In this document: piece by piece, positions 33,682 to 44,650 of the stretch | Numbering within the stretch: position 1 is the first letter of the stretch | Layout: each line of letters starts with the position of its first letter | Assembly (NCBI GenBank): GCA_943788175.1 | Contig: CALSPG010000001.1 | Span: 256,001-320,000, forward strand | DNA from: an uncultured bacterium | GTDB taxonomy: Bacteria > Fidelibacterota > Marinisomatia > Marinisomatales > UBA1611 | Length of the DNA stretch: 64,000 nucleotides | Direction of reading: 5' to 3' | The notes under the pieces: model-generated | Databases searched by the model: none | The model's input: the letters and a program-made list of their open reading frames with translations, nothing else | What the model was told of the DNA's origin: nothing | Program-made: the position numbers and the translations under genes

Positions 33682-34365
33682 CTACAATAAGTGTGCGTTC
33701 ATTTCTCGAATGAATTTCTTTTTATCATCATTATCGTTATCAAAAGTTGCGCCTATTATATTTTGGCCGTTTTTTCCTTTAATTAACAAAGCTCCGCTTG
33801 ATATTTTCATTTCTTTCAATATTAACACTCGTTCCTTAGAAAGTCTATCAAAGTCAAAATAGTTTTTACTATAATAATTAGATAACATCATAATATCTAA
33901 TATTAGACTTATGGAGCTTTCTTTATCTAATTCAAAACTTTTCATCCATTTGTAGTATAAAAACAAGAAAACTTCATAATTAAAATATAATTCACTAGAA
34001 TCCTTACGCGTTTTCCAGTATTTCCGATGATCATTATAGAAAACCATTCTATTTGATAACTCTAACTTATTTAAATCGTTTTCTTTCAAAAAAGAATTAC
34101 TACTCAACGCGGTTTTTCTAACACGCGTCTCTAATTCATAAAACTTAGTTATTTGATTTATTTGTGCTTTAGATTTTCTTATAGCATCTTCTGGGGTTAT
34201 CGTAAAGCACTTAACAAGGTTTAGCTGAATCATCCCGAAAAATATCCAATCATTTTTAGTTATAATTTTTTTGTCAATAAAAGATTGAAGTTCGGGGAAA
34301 TACAATCTGAGTTTTAATCTTATTTCCCTAATAATTTCTCTTTCTACTATTCTTGATGTTTTCAT
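33682..34365 (-). CDS. Hypothetical protein
   Basis: 227-aa ORF co-oriented with its neighbours. Confidence 0.6.
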   Translation of the reverse strand: MKTSRIVEREIIREIRLKLRLYFPELQSFIDKKIITKNDWIFFGMIQLNLVKCFTITPEDAIRKSKAQINQITKFYELETRVRKTALSSNSFLKENDLNKLELSNRMVFYNDHRKYWKTRKDSSELYFNYEVFLFLYYKWMKSFELDKESSISLILDIMMLSNYYSKNYFDFDRLSKERVLILKEMKISSGALLIKGKNGQNIIGATFDNDNDDKKKFIREMNAHLL

Positions 34366-34366
34366 G

Positions 34367-34525
34367 TTACAACTCTAAGTCAATAGTTTCTAAAGAATCT
34401 GGCTCAGATATAACTCTATTGTAATTTTCATAAAAAGACAAATCTACATTTGTTAAAATAAAAATTATTAAAACGAAAATGATGACGATGAATAAAATAT
34501 ATGTATAGTTACTGTTTTTTTTCAT
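34367..34525 (-). CDS. Small single-TM protein (52 aa), not in ORF track
   Basis: MKKNSNYTYILFIVIIFVLIIFILTNVDLSFYENYNRVISEPDSLETIDLEL*; the stop lies 1 nt before the next ATG. Confidence 0.6.
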   Translation of the reverse strand: MKKNSNYTYILFIVIIFVLIIFILTNVDLSFYENYNRVISEPDSLETIDLEL

Positions 34526-34552
34526 ATAGTCTAATTATTTACGTTTTGATAA

Positions 34553-34759
34553 TCATATTTTAAAAAAAAACTTTCGTAGTAACTTAAAAAGGAATTTTAA
34601 AGTTGATGTTACTATTTCTTGTTTTATATAAGGATTTGAGTAAAAAAACTTTCCTCGCTTGAATATCATACTGAGTTCTTTTCGATTTAAACTTATAAAC
34701 CTATATATATACCAAAACACATAGGCGACTATTACGAAAATGATTATTCTTAAATACAT
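34553..34759 (-). CDS. Small membrane protein
   Basis: N-terminal TM helix, basic tail. Confidence 0.5.
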   Translation of the reverse strand: MYLRIIIFVIVAYVFWYIYRFISLNRKELSMIFKRGKFFYSNPYIKQEIVTSTLKFLFKLLRKFFFKI

Positions 34760-34799
34760 AGTCTGACACTAAAAGCATTATAAAATATTTCAAGTATAA

Positions 34800-36146
34800 T
34801 CATTTTAGATATATCATTTTGTTTGATAAGAGTGTTTTATCTACGATTAATTGATAAAAATAAACGCCCGAGCTTATTTCTTGGTCAAATTGATTTTTGG
34901 CGTTCCAATTCATTTCATAATAACCACTATGTTTAAAATCACTAATTATATTTTTAATCAAATTTCCTCTTAAATCATATATGGATAAGTCTACATTTGA
35001 ATCGCGATGTAATAGAAAAACAAAATTTGTATACCCGTTAAATGGATTAGGATAATTATTCATTTCAAGTTTATAACTTTCAGGTAAATTAATATCAATA
35101 CCCAGGTAATTGGTTTTTAAAGAATTAATTAATCTTTGTTTACCATCTATAATATCATAACTAAGAGCCCATATCATTAAGCCGCCAATTTGATTATCTT
35201 TCACATAATCACTTTTTCGCGCAATAGAAGTAGAATCTTCTATGGTAATGATTTGGTCTTGTGTCGAATTTCGTAAATATGGTGATTGAGCTGTATTATC
35301 CCAATTATAATCCCAGCCGTTATTAATATAATGCTCATATTGATTATACAGTAGTGATGATACTTCACCTTGAAAAGACTGATTTATGTCTAAAGCATTG
35401 TATTGTTTGCCATAGAAAGCCAAACCGATATTAATCTTACTTCGAGGAATACCTCGGGTATTTGAAAGGTAATTAAAACCAGTGCTTACTGCTCCATCGG
35501 GATCGTTCACGGGAGAAGGATATAATGGTGCATTGTGACCTGCGTGATCGGTCCAAGACCCATGGAAATCATATGTCATTGCATTAAAATAACTAACATT
35601 TTGGATCAATGAATTAAAATCATAATGCTGCCCAGACCAATTGGAAACAGGTACAGCCATAGATATTAACCACTCAGGATATAGTTCATTAAATGCTTGT
35701 CTTAATTCAGCGATAAAATGACTTAAATTATTTTTTTGAGTGACACCGGTTGGATGCTCCCAATCAATGTCAATTCCATCATAATTGTTATTTTCGCAAA
35801 TACTAATGATATTATCAATAAAAATAGAACGCGCTTCTTCGGATTCGACTGATGGTGCAAATCCCCATGAATTTCCCCAACCGCCTAAACTCAGTAAAAT
35901 TTTTGCACCATGGTCATGTACAACGCTAGTAATTGATTGAGAAATCATATCATCATAGTGTAAAATATTACCCTCTTCATCAGGCCATGCGAAAGCATGA
36001 TTTACATGTGTAATTACACTATAGTCTATTTCTGAAGGATGAAGATTTCCTTGAACCCATTGTGGATAATAACCAACAACCCGTTGTGAAAAAGAAATAT
36101 CAAAAACACAGGTACATAATATTATAGTAGCTAGTAATAATTTCAT
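34800..36146 (-). CDS. GH18 chitinase-family glycoside hydrolase with C-terminal FlgD/T9SS-like domain
   Basis: SLGGW, DGIDIDWE (DxxDxDxE), MTYDFHG; NYPNPFN tail. Confidence 0.92.
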   Translation of the reverse strand: MKLLLATIILCTCVFDISFSQRVVGYYPQWVQGNLHPSEIDYSVITHVNHAFAWPDEEGNILHYDDMISQSITSVVHDHGAKILLSLGGWGNSWGFAPSVESEEARSIFIDNIISICENNNYDGIDIDWEHPTGVTQKNNLSHFIAELRQAFNELYPEWLISMAVPVSNWSGQHYDFNSLIQNVSYFNAMTYDFHGSWTDHAGHNAPLYPSPVNDPDGAVSTGFNYLSNTRGIPRSKINIGLAFYGKQYNALDINQSFQGEVSSLLYNQYEHYINNGWDYNWDNTAQSPYLRNSTQDQIITIEDSTSIARKSDYVKDNQIGGLMIWALSYDIIDGKQRLINSLKTNYLGIDINLPESYKLEMNNYPNPFNGYTNFVFLLHRDSNVDLSIYDLRGNLIKNIISDFKHSGYYEMNWNAKNQFDQEISSGVYFYQLIVDKTLLSNKMIYLK

Positions 36147-36241
36147 TCTTAATTGAAGATTAGCGAATTTAATATTAGATAGCTAATCTAGTTATCAAAA
36201 AAAGTAATAAATAATTAAGGAATATCTTTAAAAAGCTAAAA

Positions 36242-39200
36242 CTACTTTAGTAGTATCATTTTTTTTGAACTATTAAACTCTTTTGTTTGTAGGGATAAAA
36301 TATATACACCTGCGGGTAAAATTGAACCTAAATTATTTTCTCCGCGCCACATAATTTCTTTATATCCTGGTGATTGAACAGAATTAACTAAAGACTTTAC
36401 ATTTTCACCTTTAAGGTTATATATATTTGCATTTACAATTGTTCTTATTGGTAATTCATACTGAATCTTTGTTATAGGGTTAAATGGGTTTGGATAATTC
36501 TGCTTTAACAAGAATAAATGTGGAACAGGATCGATTTCGGTATCTAGCTCTCCATTAAAACAGCTTCCAACTTCATATGTATGTGGTTCCGCGGATGTGT
36601 TCCTCTCTAAACCATTATACGAATATGTGTAATAAAACTGTATCATCTCACCTTCATTTGCATTTATTTGAAATGGAATATTAGGGCTTACATTGTATCC
36701 TGGCGGTGTTCCCCCTGTGCTATAATAAAGAATACAAGTTGGGTTTCCCACATGCCCTTGACTTGGTATAAAAGTAAGCGTTGGGTTATTTATATCGTCA
36801 GAAAATTCATATGTATAGTCGCCATTGCCTGGACCGCCTATGCATGATGGCGCCTCAATTATTTCAATTTCAAATGAGTTTGATTCAGAAGATAAGCCAT
36901 CATCGTCTGTTGCAATAACCTTGATAGTATGATACCCCAATGAAATGTTTTCCCAAAGGTATTCAAATGGTTCTTCAATTATTTCGGTAATAATTATGTC
37001 ATTATCATAAAATTGAATTAATTCAATCTCTCCATCAATATCAGTCGCACTAGCAATAAGCTCTATAGAAGTTCCCTGATAATATGTCTCACTTAAATTG
37101 GATGTATTTAAGGAAACAGAAGGTGATAGGTATTCAGAATCAGAAACAAAAATATTTACGTAATCTTCTGATGAGTGAGAATTATCATCTACAATAAGTT
37201 TAAATTTGTATGTTCCCTCTATTAATCCTGTGATATTTGTTTCTACAGTTAGTGGTGTTACTATACTTACAGTATTAGGGCCAAATATTTGAACCCATTG
37301 AAAATTTAAATTATCTGTATCAATATCTGAACTTAAGCTACCATTAAGAGTTGCAGTTGAATTTGGTAAAATTACTAGTACATCCTCCCCTGCGTTTGAT
37401 AATGGTGGGTTATAATCTAAATTTCTATTAAACGTAAAATTTAACCTACCTAGATTAAATCCACCCTGTATAAAAACAATCCTTAGAACATGTTTTCCTG
37501 TATTTAGTTCAATGTTTTGAGAATTTCCCGTTTGCCAGTTATACCAATCCCCTGTATTAGCAGCATATATATTATCACTAACTATTTCTCCATTTATCTC
37601 AAAATGAAAAGGGCCACCTCCACCCGCAATATCTGAAGCATATCTATAGTCTAAGTCATAGTAGCCAGCGGCAAGAACATTTATCGAGTATTCAACCCAT
37701 TCACCTGGCTCAATCCAGCCCAGAGTTGGTCCTTCGATATTTCCAGAGTATTCGACATCAACGTATTCATCAGTCCTATAGTCTCCTTCATTGTTAAGTG
37801 AATTATCAAAATATGAAATATTTTGGCCTAAGCCTCCTTCAAAAGCATCATATTTACCCGGTTCAATAATACCCGGGATATTGTTTTCAGAATTGTTATA
37901 GGCTAACTGTTCCCCAACAACAATTGTAATAAAATTGGTTAATCCAAATTCAGAACCAGAAAACATTTTACCGTAAATATTATGAGTTCCCAAAGACAGA
38001 TTTTGGGCTGTGAACTCAAATGGTTGTGATGTTACCTCACCAATTAGATCTCCGTTATCATAAAACTCTAATCTTGTAATATTTTGATTTTGGGATTCAA
38101 AGCTAATTAAAGCACTACCATTTATGTATGACTGAACAAAATCTGTTTGTATTGAACCTGCTATAGCTTCTCCTCTATTTGTGCCCATGTCTTTTGGATT
38201 CACGGTTAATTGATATCCATCAGAAAAAGATACTAATAACGGTTCTTCCGTATAATTATGAGCGGCGTATGTAATCTGTCCATTCTTATTAAAACTAGCA
38301 GCAATTGGCCAGTTAGCTGTGATTTCAGACCTATATTGTCCTAATGCATTCATACTATGTAGCCAGTAATATGTCTGAGCATCTGAGATTCCAAACTTTA
38401 AAATTCTATCTGGATTCGAATTGTAAAGTTCAATTGCAGCAGGAGCATCAATATATGAAAGGTATTTCCAAAACACATCATGCCATAAATTTGGATTTAT
38501 CTCATTGTTTAAAATCCCTGTATTGCTAGTGATCTCTGTCCATAGATTAGTAGTATATTCTAAATTATGAGATAAATAAAAAGACCCACCATGAATTGGA
38601 TACATTTCAATACCGTAGGAAGCTGCTATATCATTAGTCCAGAATGTCCCGTTGTCATATGAATTCCCCCAGACCCTTGAGACTAAGCTATATTGTTGAT
38701 TATCACCAAAGTTTCTATTGTACATATCAAACCAGTACTCATCAATAGCTGTTCTTTCTGTGGTATATAAATAAATACCTAGGTCTCTGATCTCATCATT
38801 ACCTGTAACGCTTCCCCAGTGTATTAATGAGGAATTAAACTGCATGCTTTCAGAGGTAGATTCTTGGTCATTTCCTTGAGGGAAAGTAGCAAATCCATTT
38901 GCCCAGCAGTGGCCTGCAAAAGGGCTAAAACTTCTTAAAAATGGGTAATTAGGGTCATCTCTATTAGATGATGCAGCATCTCTCACTAAATGATTTACCA
39001 TCTCACCCCATTCATCTGCCCAACCGGGATCAAATTGTTCGATAAATGATGCAGCATGAATAAAATAACCCCAATGAAAATGATGATCGTTAATATTGTT
39101 ATCTTGACCATGCCCTGAAGGGTAACCAATTAATGTGGACCAAGTAGAATTATAGTAGAAAATAAAAGCAACTTCAGATGAAGAAGCTGTTAACCAATCT

Positions 39201-40390
39201 TCTAACCTATTTTTGACTGTCACAATCATCTGATCTCTTGCTTCTGTATTACCTAATTCATGAGCTATTCTAGCGGTCTGAACTAAGCGGTTCATTACTT
39301 GGCCTTCGTTGTAAGAGTCGGTCCATGTTGCAAGTTGATTATTCTCAATTTGTGAAATTTTATTTTGTAAATCCGCTGGATTATAACTCTCGCTATAATG
39401 GGGCAAATCTGGTAAAGTTGGAAGAATCCCGGAAAATAAATTTTTTGTACTGAAATTATTTCCATTTAACATTTTTAGTTCACCCCTTACGCTATTATAT
39501 GAATATTCATATGGATAGGGTGACTCATCAGATAAATTATTCCATTGGTGAGGAAGTAAACCTTGTAAAATATTTTCGTATGAGCCTTCTTTAATATCTA
39601 CTTCTACTAAAAAGTCAGTATAAACGACTGAGTTGTTATTATCATATGACCATTCAACAGAGGTATTTTGAGGAAAAACGTAGGCATATTTCTGTAGATC
39701 CGCGACAACTGAATTAAGGTTGCTGTAGTCTTGTGGCAGCATAGCAAGTGACCAATAATTTTGACCATTTAAGCTGGAGGTATACTTATTACCAGATTGT
39801 TGCCAAGAACTCCCGGTAGGAGCATAAATAACAAAATCTGCTCCATTTCTGGCATCCTCTATTATCATTTTTTCACTTAAAACAGTGACTTGACCTAAGT
39901 TTACTTCTATTTCAACTTCTGAATTTGTGTCTTTATTAAAATAAATAAAAGGCATGCCTACGCCAGAAGTGGCTTGGAGGGAATTATTTTCATCTGTCCA
40001 GTCTAACGTTACAGTCCAATCAGAAAAATCATATACTTTTGCTTTAGATGAGCTCAATCCAGATAGACCAATAATTATTGGTTCTTGATCATCGTATACC
40101 CCCCATGGTAAATAACTCACAACTAAACCTTTATTTACTGTTTTAAGAGCCATCGGATAGTTAAAGAGATTACTTACATGGTCATTTTTTATAACCGAGG
40201 ACCACCAATCATTAGTTGGTATATGCTTGTTTGAAGCTGGTCCAATTGTTTGTGGTTGTCCTGATGGATAGCTATTTCTTCCGGCCTCATCAGTACCAGG
40301 AAAACTAGTCGTGTAGCTACCAGAACCGACTTGAACAACTTGTGAAAAAACAAAGTTTATTAAAAATAATATTATAGTGTATTTAATCAT
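36242..40390 (-). CDS. GH81 endo-beta-1,3-glucanase with Ig-like, CBM6, PKD and C-terminal sorting domains
   Basis: PTNDWWS, NDHHFHWGYF, DQESTSE; CBM6-like GWIEPGEWVEY..TGDWYNW; NYPNPFNP tail. Confidence 0.9.
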   Translation of the reverse strand: MIKYTIILFLINFVFSQVVQVGSGSYTTSFPGTDEAGRNSYPSGQPQTIGPASNKHIPTNDWWSSVIKNDHVSNLFNYPMALKTVNKGLVVSYLPWGVYDDQEPIIIGLSGLSSSKAKVYDFSDWTVTLDWTDENNSLQATSGVGMPFIYFNKDTNSEVEIEVNLGQVTVLSEKMIIEDARNGADFVIYAPTGSSWQQSGNKYTSSLNGQNYWSLAMLPQDYSNLNSVVADLQKYAYVFPQNTSVEWSYDNNNSVVYTDFLVEVDIKEGSYENILQGLLPHQWNNLSDESPYPYEYSYNSVRGELKMLNGNNFSTKNLFSGILPTLPDLPHYSESYNPADLQNKISQIENNQLATWTDSYNEGQVMNRLVQTARIAHELGNTEARDQMIVTVKNRLEDWLTASSSEVAFIFYYNSTWSTLIGYPSGHGQDNNINDHHFHWGYFIHAASFIEQFDPGWADEWGEMVNHLVRDAASSNRDDPNYPFLRSFSPFAGHCWANGFATFPQGNDQESTSESMQFNSSLIHWGSVTGNDEIRDLGIYLYTTERTAIDEYWFDMYNRNFGDNQQYSLVSRVWGNSYDNGTFWTNDIAASYGIEMYPIHGGSFYLSHNLEYTTNLWTEITSNTGILNNEINPNLWHDVFWKYLSYIDAPAAIELYNSNPDRILKFGISDAQTYYWLHSMNALGQYRSEITANWPIAASFNKNGQITYAAHNYTEEPLLVSFSDGYQLTVNPKDMGTNRGEAIAGSIQTDFVQSYINGSALISFESQNQNITRLEFYDNGDLIGEVTSQPFEFTAQNLSLGTHNIYGKMFSGSEFGLTNFITIVVGEQLAYNNSENNIPGIIEPGKYDAFEGGLGQNISYFDNSLNNEGDYRTDEYVDVEYSGNIEGPTLGWIEPGEWVEYSINVLAAGYYDLDYRYASDIAGGGGPFHFEINGEIVSDNIYAANTGDWYNWQTGNSQNIELNTGKHVLRIVFIQGGFNLGRLNFTFNRNLDYNPPLSNAGEDVLVILPNSTATLNGSLSSDIDTDNLNFQWVQIFGPNTVSIVTPLTVETNITGLIEGTYKFKLIVDDNSHSSEDYVNIFVSDSEYLSPSVSLNTSNLSETYYQGTSIELIASATDIDGEIELIQFYDNDIIITEIIEEPFEYLWENISLGYHTIKVIATDDDGLSSESNSFEIEIIEAPSCIGGPGNGDYTYEFSDDINNPTLTFIPSQGHVGNPTCILYYSTGGTPPGYNVSPNIPFQINANEGEMIQFYYTYSYNGLERNTSAEPHTYEVGSCFNGELDTEIDPVPHLFLLKQNYPNPFNPITKIQYELPIRTIVNANIYNLKGENVKSLVNSVQSPGYKEIMWRGENNLGSILPAGVYILSLQTKEFNSSKKMILLK

Positions 40391-40592
40391 GTTTAATTTT
40401 ACTAAAATAATTAATTATTAATCGAAAACATTTTAAATACTTAACCTTGAATTATACTTTTGCATTTTGTGTTTTCAATTAAAAAAAACAAATCTTCCAT
40501 AATTTTAAATACGTCCTTTAATCGTATACTGGTTTTTGTTAAACTCCCCTCCTAAAAATTTATAAATTTAAAAAAGAGACCTAAAATCAAAT

Positions 40593-42200
40593 ATGATTAC
40601 TACATCTAATATTTCCATGCAATTCGGTTCGAAGCCATTATTTGAAAGTATATCCGTCGCTTTCTCTGATAAAAATAGATATGGCCTCATTGGTGCAAAC
40701 GGTTCTGGAAAATCAACCTTTATGAAAATACTTACGGGTGAATTAGAACCTACCTCTGGAACCGTATCGATTGATAAAAATAAACGAGTTTCAAAACTGA
40801 GTCAAGATCAGTTTGCATATGAAGATATAAAAGTATCTGATTGTGTTATTATGGGGGCACGATTTGCTCTGGAAAATCAAAAATGAGAGAGAAAAAACTT
40901 TATAGTCTGCCTGAAATGACTGATGAGCAAGGAATGAAAGTCGCTGAATTAGAAGTTGAATTTGGGAGAGATGGATGGATATACGGCTGAAGCGAATGCT
41001 GAGGAACTGCTCCTGGGACTTGGAATTCCAATCGAAGACCACGACAAGCCAATGAGTTCTATTGCTCCAGGTTTGAAATTACGAGTACTCTTAGCGCAAG
41101 CTCTATTTGGCGGACCCAGGCATACTACTATTGGATGAGCCGACAAACAATCTTGATATAAATACTATTCGATGGCTTGAAAACACGTGTAAAAAAACAA
41201 AGATTGTGTTGATGATTGTCATCTCTCATGATAGGCGATTTTTAAATAGTGTATGCACAAATATGGCAGATTTAGATTACGGCGAAATAAGGGTTATTAC
41301 AACGGAAACTATGATGACTTTATGATTGCAGCAACCATGGCCAGAGAAACACTTATGAACGAGAACGCAAAAAAACAAGCAAAGATAAAAGAATTACAAT
41401 CATTTGTTAGTCGTTTTTCTGCAAATGCATCTAAAGCCTAAGCAAGCTACATCAAGGGCAAACCAAATAAATAAGATAAAATTAGAAGATATATAATTCT
41501 TCTAGCAGGGTTTACCCATTTATTAGATTTAAGCAAGAACAAAAAAGTTGCATAACAAGGTGGTTGACATCGAAAACATTTCTAAGTCTTATGATGATTT
41601 AAATGTTATTAAAAAATTTAATATGACTATTAATACTGGCGATAGAATCGCTATTGTTGGTGAAAATGGAATCGGTAAAACAACTTTACTTAAATGTATC
41701 ATTGAAAGCAGTTTTTCTGATAACGGTATTATTAAATGGTCTGAAAATGCATCTATTGGCTATTTTGCGCAAAATCACAGCGATGAATTCAAAGGCGATA
41801 TAAGTTTGATTGATTGGATGGCTAAATGGAGTCATAAAGATGATGATCTAGAAACTATAAGAGGCACATTAGGTCGATTATTGTTCAATCAAGATGATAT
41901 TAATAAACCAATTAGTGTATTATCTGGCGGAGAACAACGTCGAATGCTAATTGGAAAAATCATCCTACAAAGGGCAAATGTCATTATATTAGATGAACCG
42001 GACTAATCACTTAGATATGGAATCAATAGAAGCCCTAAATCATGCTCTAAGTATATTTGAAGGAACAATTATTTTTGTTTAGCCATGATAGAGAGTTTAT
42101 CTCTTCTCTTTCAACTAGACTATTAGAAGTTCGAGAAGAAAAGATAGTAGAGCACAGTGGGGGGTTATGAAAGTTATAGGGACAGTATTAATGGAAGCTT
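40593..42200 (+). pseudogene. ABC-F family ATPase (YbiT-like), broken by several frameshifts (possibly sequencing errors)
   Basis: Consecutive fragments carry [38 protein letters not shown]; end coordinate approximate. Confidence 0.85.
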
Positions 42201-42211
42201 AGATAAAAGTA

Positions 42212-42376
42212 TTAATCATGTCCTCTTTCTGAAGGATCATTTACATCTTTGCTAAAAGCAGATTTTGAACCTGTCTTATTTGTAACTATTTTTTCTTCTA
42301 GCTTTTTAGATTGGCCATCATCTTCAGTTAGACTGGTACTTGAATAGTTGTTTTTATTTTTTTTTGTTAAAGGCAT
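42212..42376 (-). CDS. Small hydrophilic hypothetical protein (likely start MPLTKK at 42376)
   Basis: Follows the likely cimA stop; the ORF track gives a longer 42212..42424 version. Confidence 0.4.
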   Translation of the reverse strand: MPLTKKNKNNYSSTSLTEDDGQSKKLEEKIVTNKTGSKSAFSKDVNDPSERGHD

Positions 42377-43998
42377 ATCTTTATTAAGCTGATTGTAATT
42401 CTTCCACCGCTTTTTTTTCTCCATTTAGATATTTGAGCAAGCCTAAAGTTAAAACTGTCACTTAAAGCTTGCCTACTAGCATCAATAATATTTTTCGAAA
42501 CACCAATTGTTGACCACGACTCATCTCCATATGTGCTTTCAATCAAAACTCTAACCTTTGCGCCAGTGCCTTCTTGTTCATTTAATACGCGAACTTTATA
42601 GTCAGTTAGTCTAACATCTTTTTAAGTGCGGAAAAAAAATCGAGACAAGGCCTTGCGAAGAGCATTATTCAAAGCATCAACAGGACCATCTCCATCAGAA
42701 GCTGTGTGCTCAATATCTCCATCTACCAAGACCTTTAAAGTAGCATCAGATTTTGCGCTATCATTTTCACCATGCGAAATATGTACGTTTGAATCTATAA
42801 CAGTAAAAAAAGGACTATATTCACCAGACAGCTCTCGAATAATAAGCTCTAGAGATGCATCAGCTGCTTCAAATTGATAGCCTTTAAACTCTAACTCTTT
42901 TACTTTAGAAATCAGTTTACCAGTAATTTCTTTGGAGTTTTTAAAGTTTATATTTAATTCATTTGCTTTAAAGCTGATATTACTTTTTCCAGAAAGGTCA
43001 GAAACAAGAACTCTTTGCTTATTTCCAACTATGTCTGGTTTTATATGTTCATACATAGAGCTATTTTTCATAACTGCGCTAACGTGTATTCCACCTTTGT
43101 GGCGCGAATGCAGATTTGCCTATGAATGGAGCTTGAGTGTTAGGAGGCATATTCATAATATCATAGGTAAAACTCACCAAACTGGCAAGGTTCGGTAACT
43201 TTAAGTCAGTCTTTGTAGTTACATTCATTTTTAATACTAAATTTGGTATTACTGTTGCTAAGCTAACATTTCCGCATCTTTCTCCTACGCCATTTATAGT
43301 TCCTTGAACATGTAATGCTCCTCCTGTATACTGCCGTTAGCGTATTTGCGGCAGCTAAGCCACTATCATTATGTGAATGAATACCAATTGGCAAAGAATA
43401 CCGTTCAACAACTTTTCTTGGTGACATCATAAATATTATTTGGGAGAGAGCCACCATTAGTATCACACAATACTAGTGTATCTGCACCGCCATTTACGGC
43501 CGCATCTAACATTTCTAATGCAAATGATTCAGATTGTTGATATCCATCAAAAAAATGCTCTGCATCAAAGAGGACCCGCACTCCGTTTTTTGAAAGAAAA
43601 GCAACAGAACGCTCAATAAGTTTTGCATTATCTAGATCAGATATTCCTAGTCCATGTTTAGAATGTAGTTGCCATGTTTTACCAAATATCGTAATCACTC
43701 CAACCTCAGCTTCTAACAATGATAATAAGTTGTGGTCTCCCTCAACATTACTTAGCTTTCTAGCTGTAGAACCGAAAGCACATATTTCTGATTGTTTTAG
43801 GTTTATGGACTTAATTTTTTTGAAGAAACTTTTATCTCTGGGATTGCTTCCAGGCCAGCCGCCTTCTATAATGTTAATACCAAAATCATCTAATCGCTTA
43901 GCTAGTCTAATTTTATCCTCAACCGATAAATTAACGCCTTCACCTTGCGTTCCGTCCCTTAAGGTTGTGTCAAATAATTCTATTGCTTTATTTTTCAT
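42367..43998 (-). pseudogene. cimA: Citramalate synthase (LeuA-like), frameshifted (possibly sequencing errors)
   Basis: DTTLRDGTQGE, IEGGWPGSNPRD, DAEHFFDG, LCDTNGG, YEHIKP..VGN, LVSDLSGKSN, GYQFEAADAS, GDGPVDAL in successive frames. Confidence 0.85.
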
Positions 43999-44011
43999 TT
44001 TCTAAACCTAT

Positions 44012-44650
44012 CTAATTAAATAACCACGGAAATTTATTTTTATAATTATCTTCAAAGTTCTTTATAATGTCAATATTCTCTAAGGTTTGGCCAATTTCAT
44101 CTAGCCCTTTTATAAGGGATTCTTTTTGATAAGGATTTATTTCAAATTTAATTTCATTATAAAAATTATCATTGACGACTTGATTGGTTAAATCAATTGT
44201 CAATTCATAGTTTTCTTTTTCTAGGCAATCATTAAAAAGAGTATTTATGTCTTTTTCACCTAGCTCTATTGGAAGAATGCCATTTTTAAAACAATTATTA
44301 TAAAAAATATCAGCAAAGCTTTTAGCTATGATGGCTTTTATTCCAAAATCTTTAATAGCCCAGGCAGCATGTTCGCGGCTAGAACCACATCCGAAATTTT
44401 CTCCAGTCAATAACACAGAAGCTCTATTATGGGGCTTTTTATTTAATATAAAATTTTTATTTATACGTCTTATAGAATGATCTTGACCGGGTTCACCCAT
44501 ATCTAAATATCTCCACTCATCAAATAGATTCACTCCAAATCCTTCTCTAGATATAGATTTAAGATATTGTTTCGGTATAATAGCATCTGTATCAATATTG
44601 TTTTTATCAAGTGGAGCTACAATTCCTTTGAATTTTCTGTACTTTTCCAT
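44012..44650 (-). CDS. leuD: 3-isopropylmalate dehydratase small subunit
   Basis: NIDTDAIIP, NFGCGSSREHA. Confidence 0.97.
   Translation of the reverse strand: MEKYRKFKGIVAPLDKNNIDTDAIIPKQYLKSISREGFGVNLFDEWRYLDMGEPGQDHSIRRINKNFILNKKPHNRASVLLTGENFGCGSSREHAAWAIKDFGIKAIIAKSFADIFYNNCFKNGILPIELGEKDINTLFNDCLEKENYELTIDLTNQVVNDNFYNEIKFEINPYQKESLIKGLDEIGQTLENIDIIKNFEDNYKNKFPWLFN

Noticed and set aside
23956-40390. Long run of co-oriented genes as a possible integron cassette array
   Set aside because: No repeated attC-like sequences in the intergenic gaps, several genes overlap or abut, and no integrase is present.
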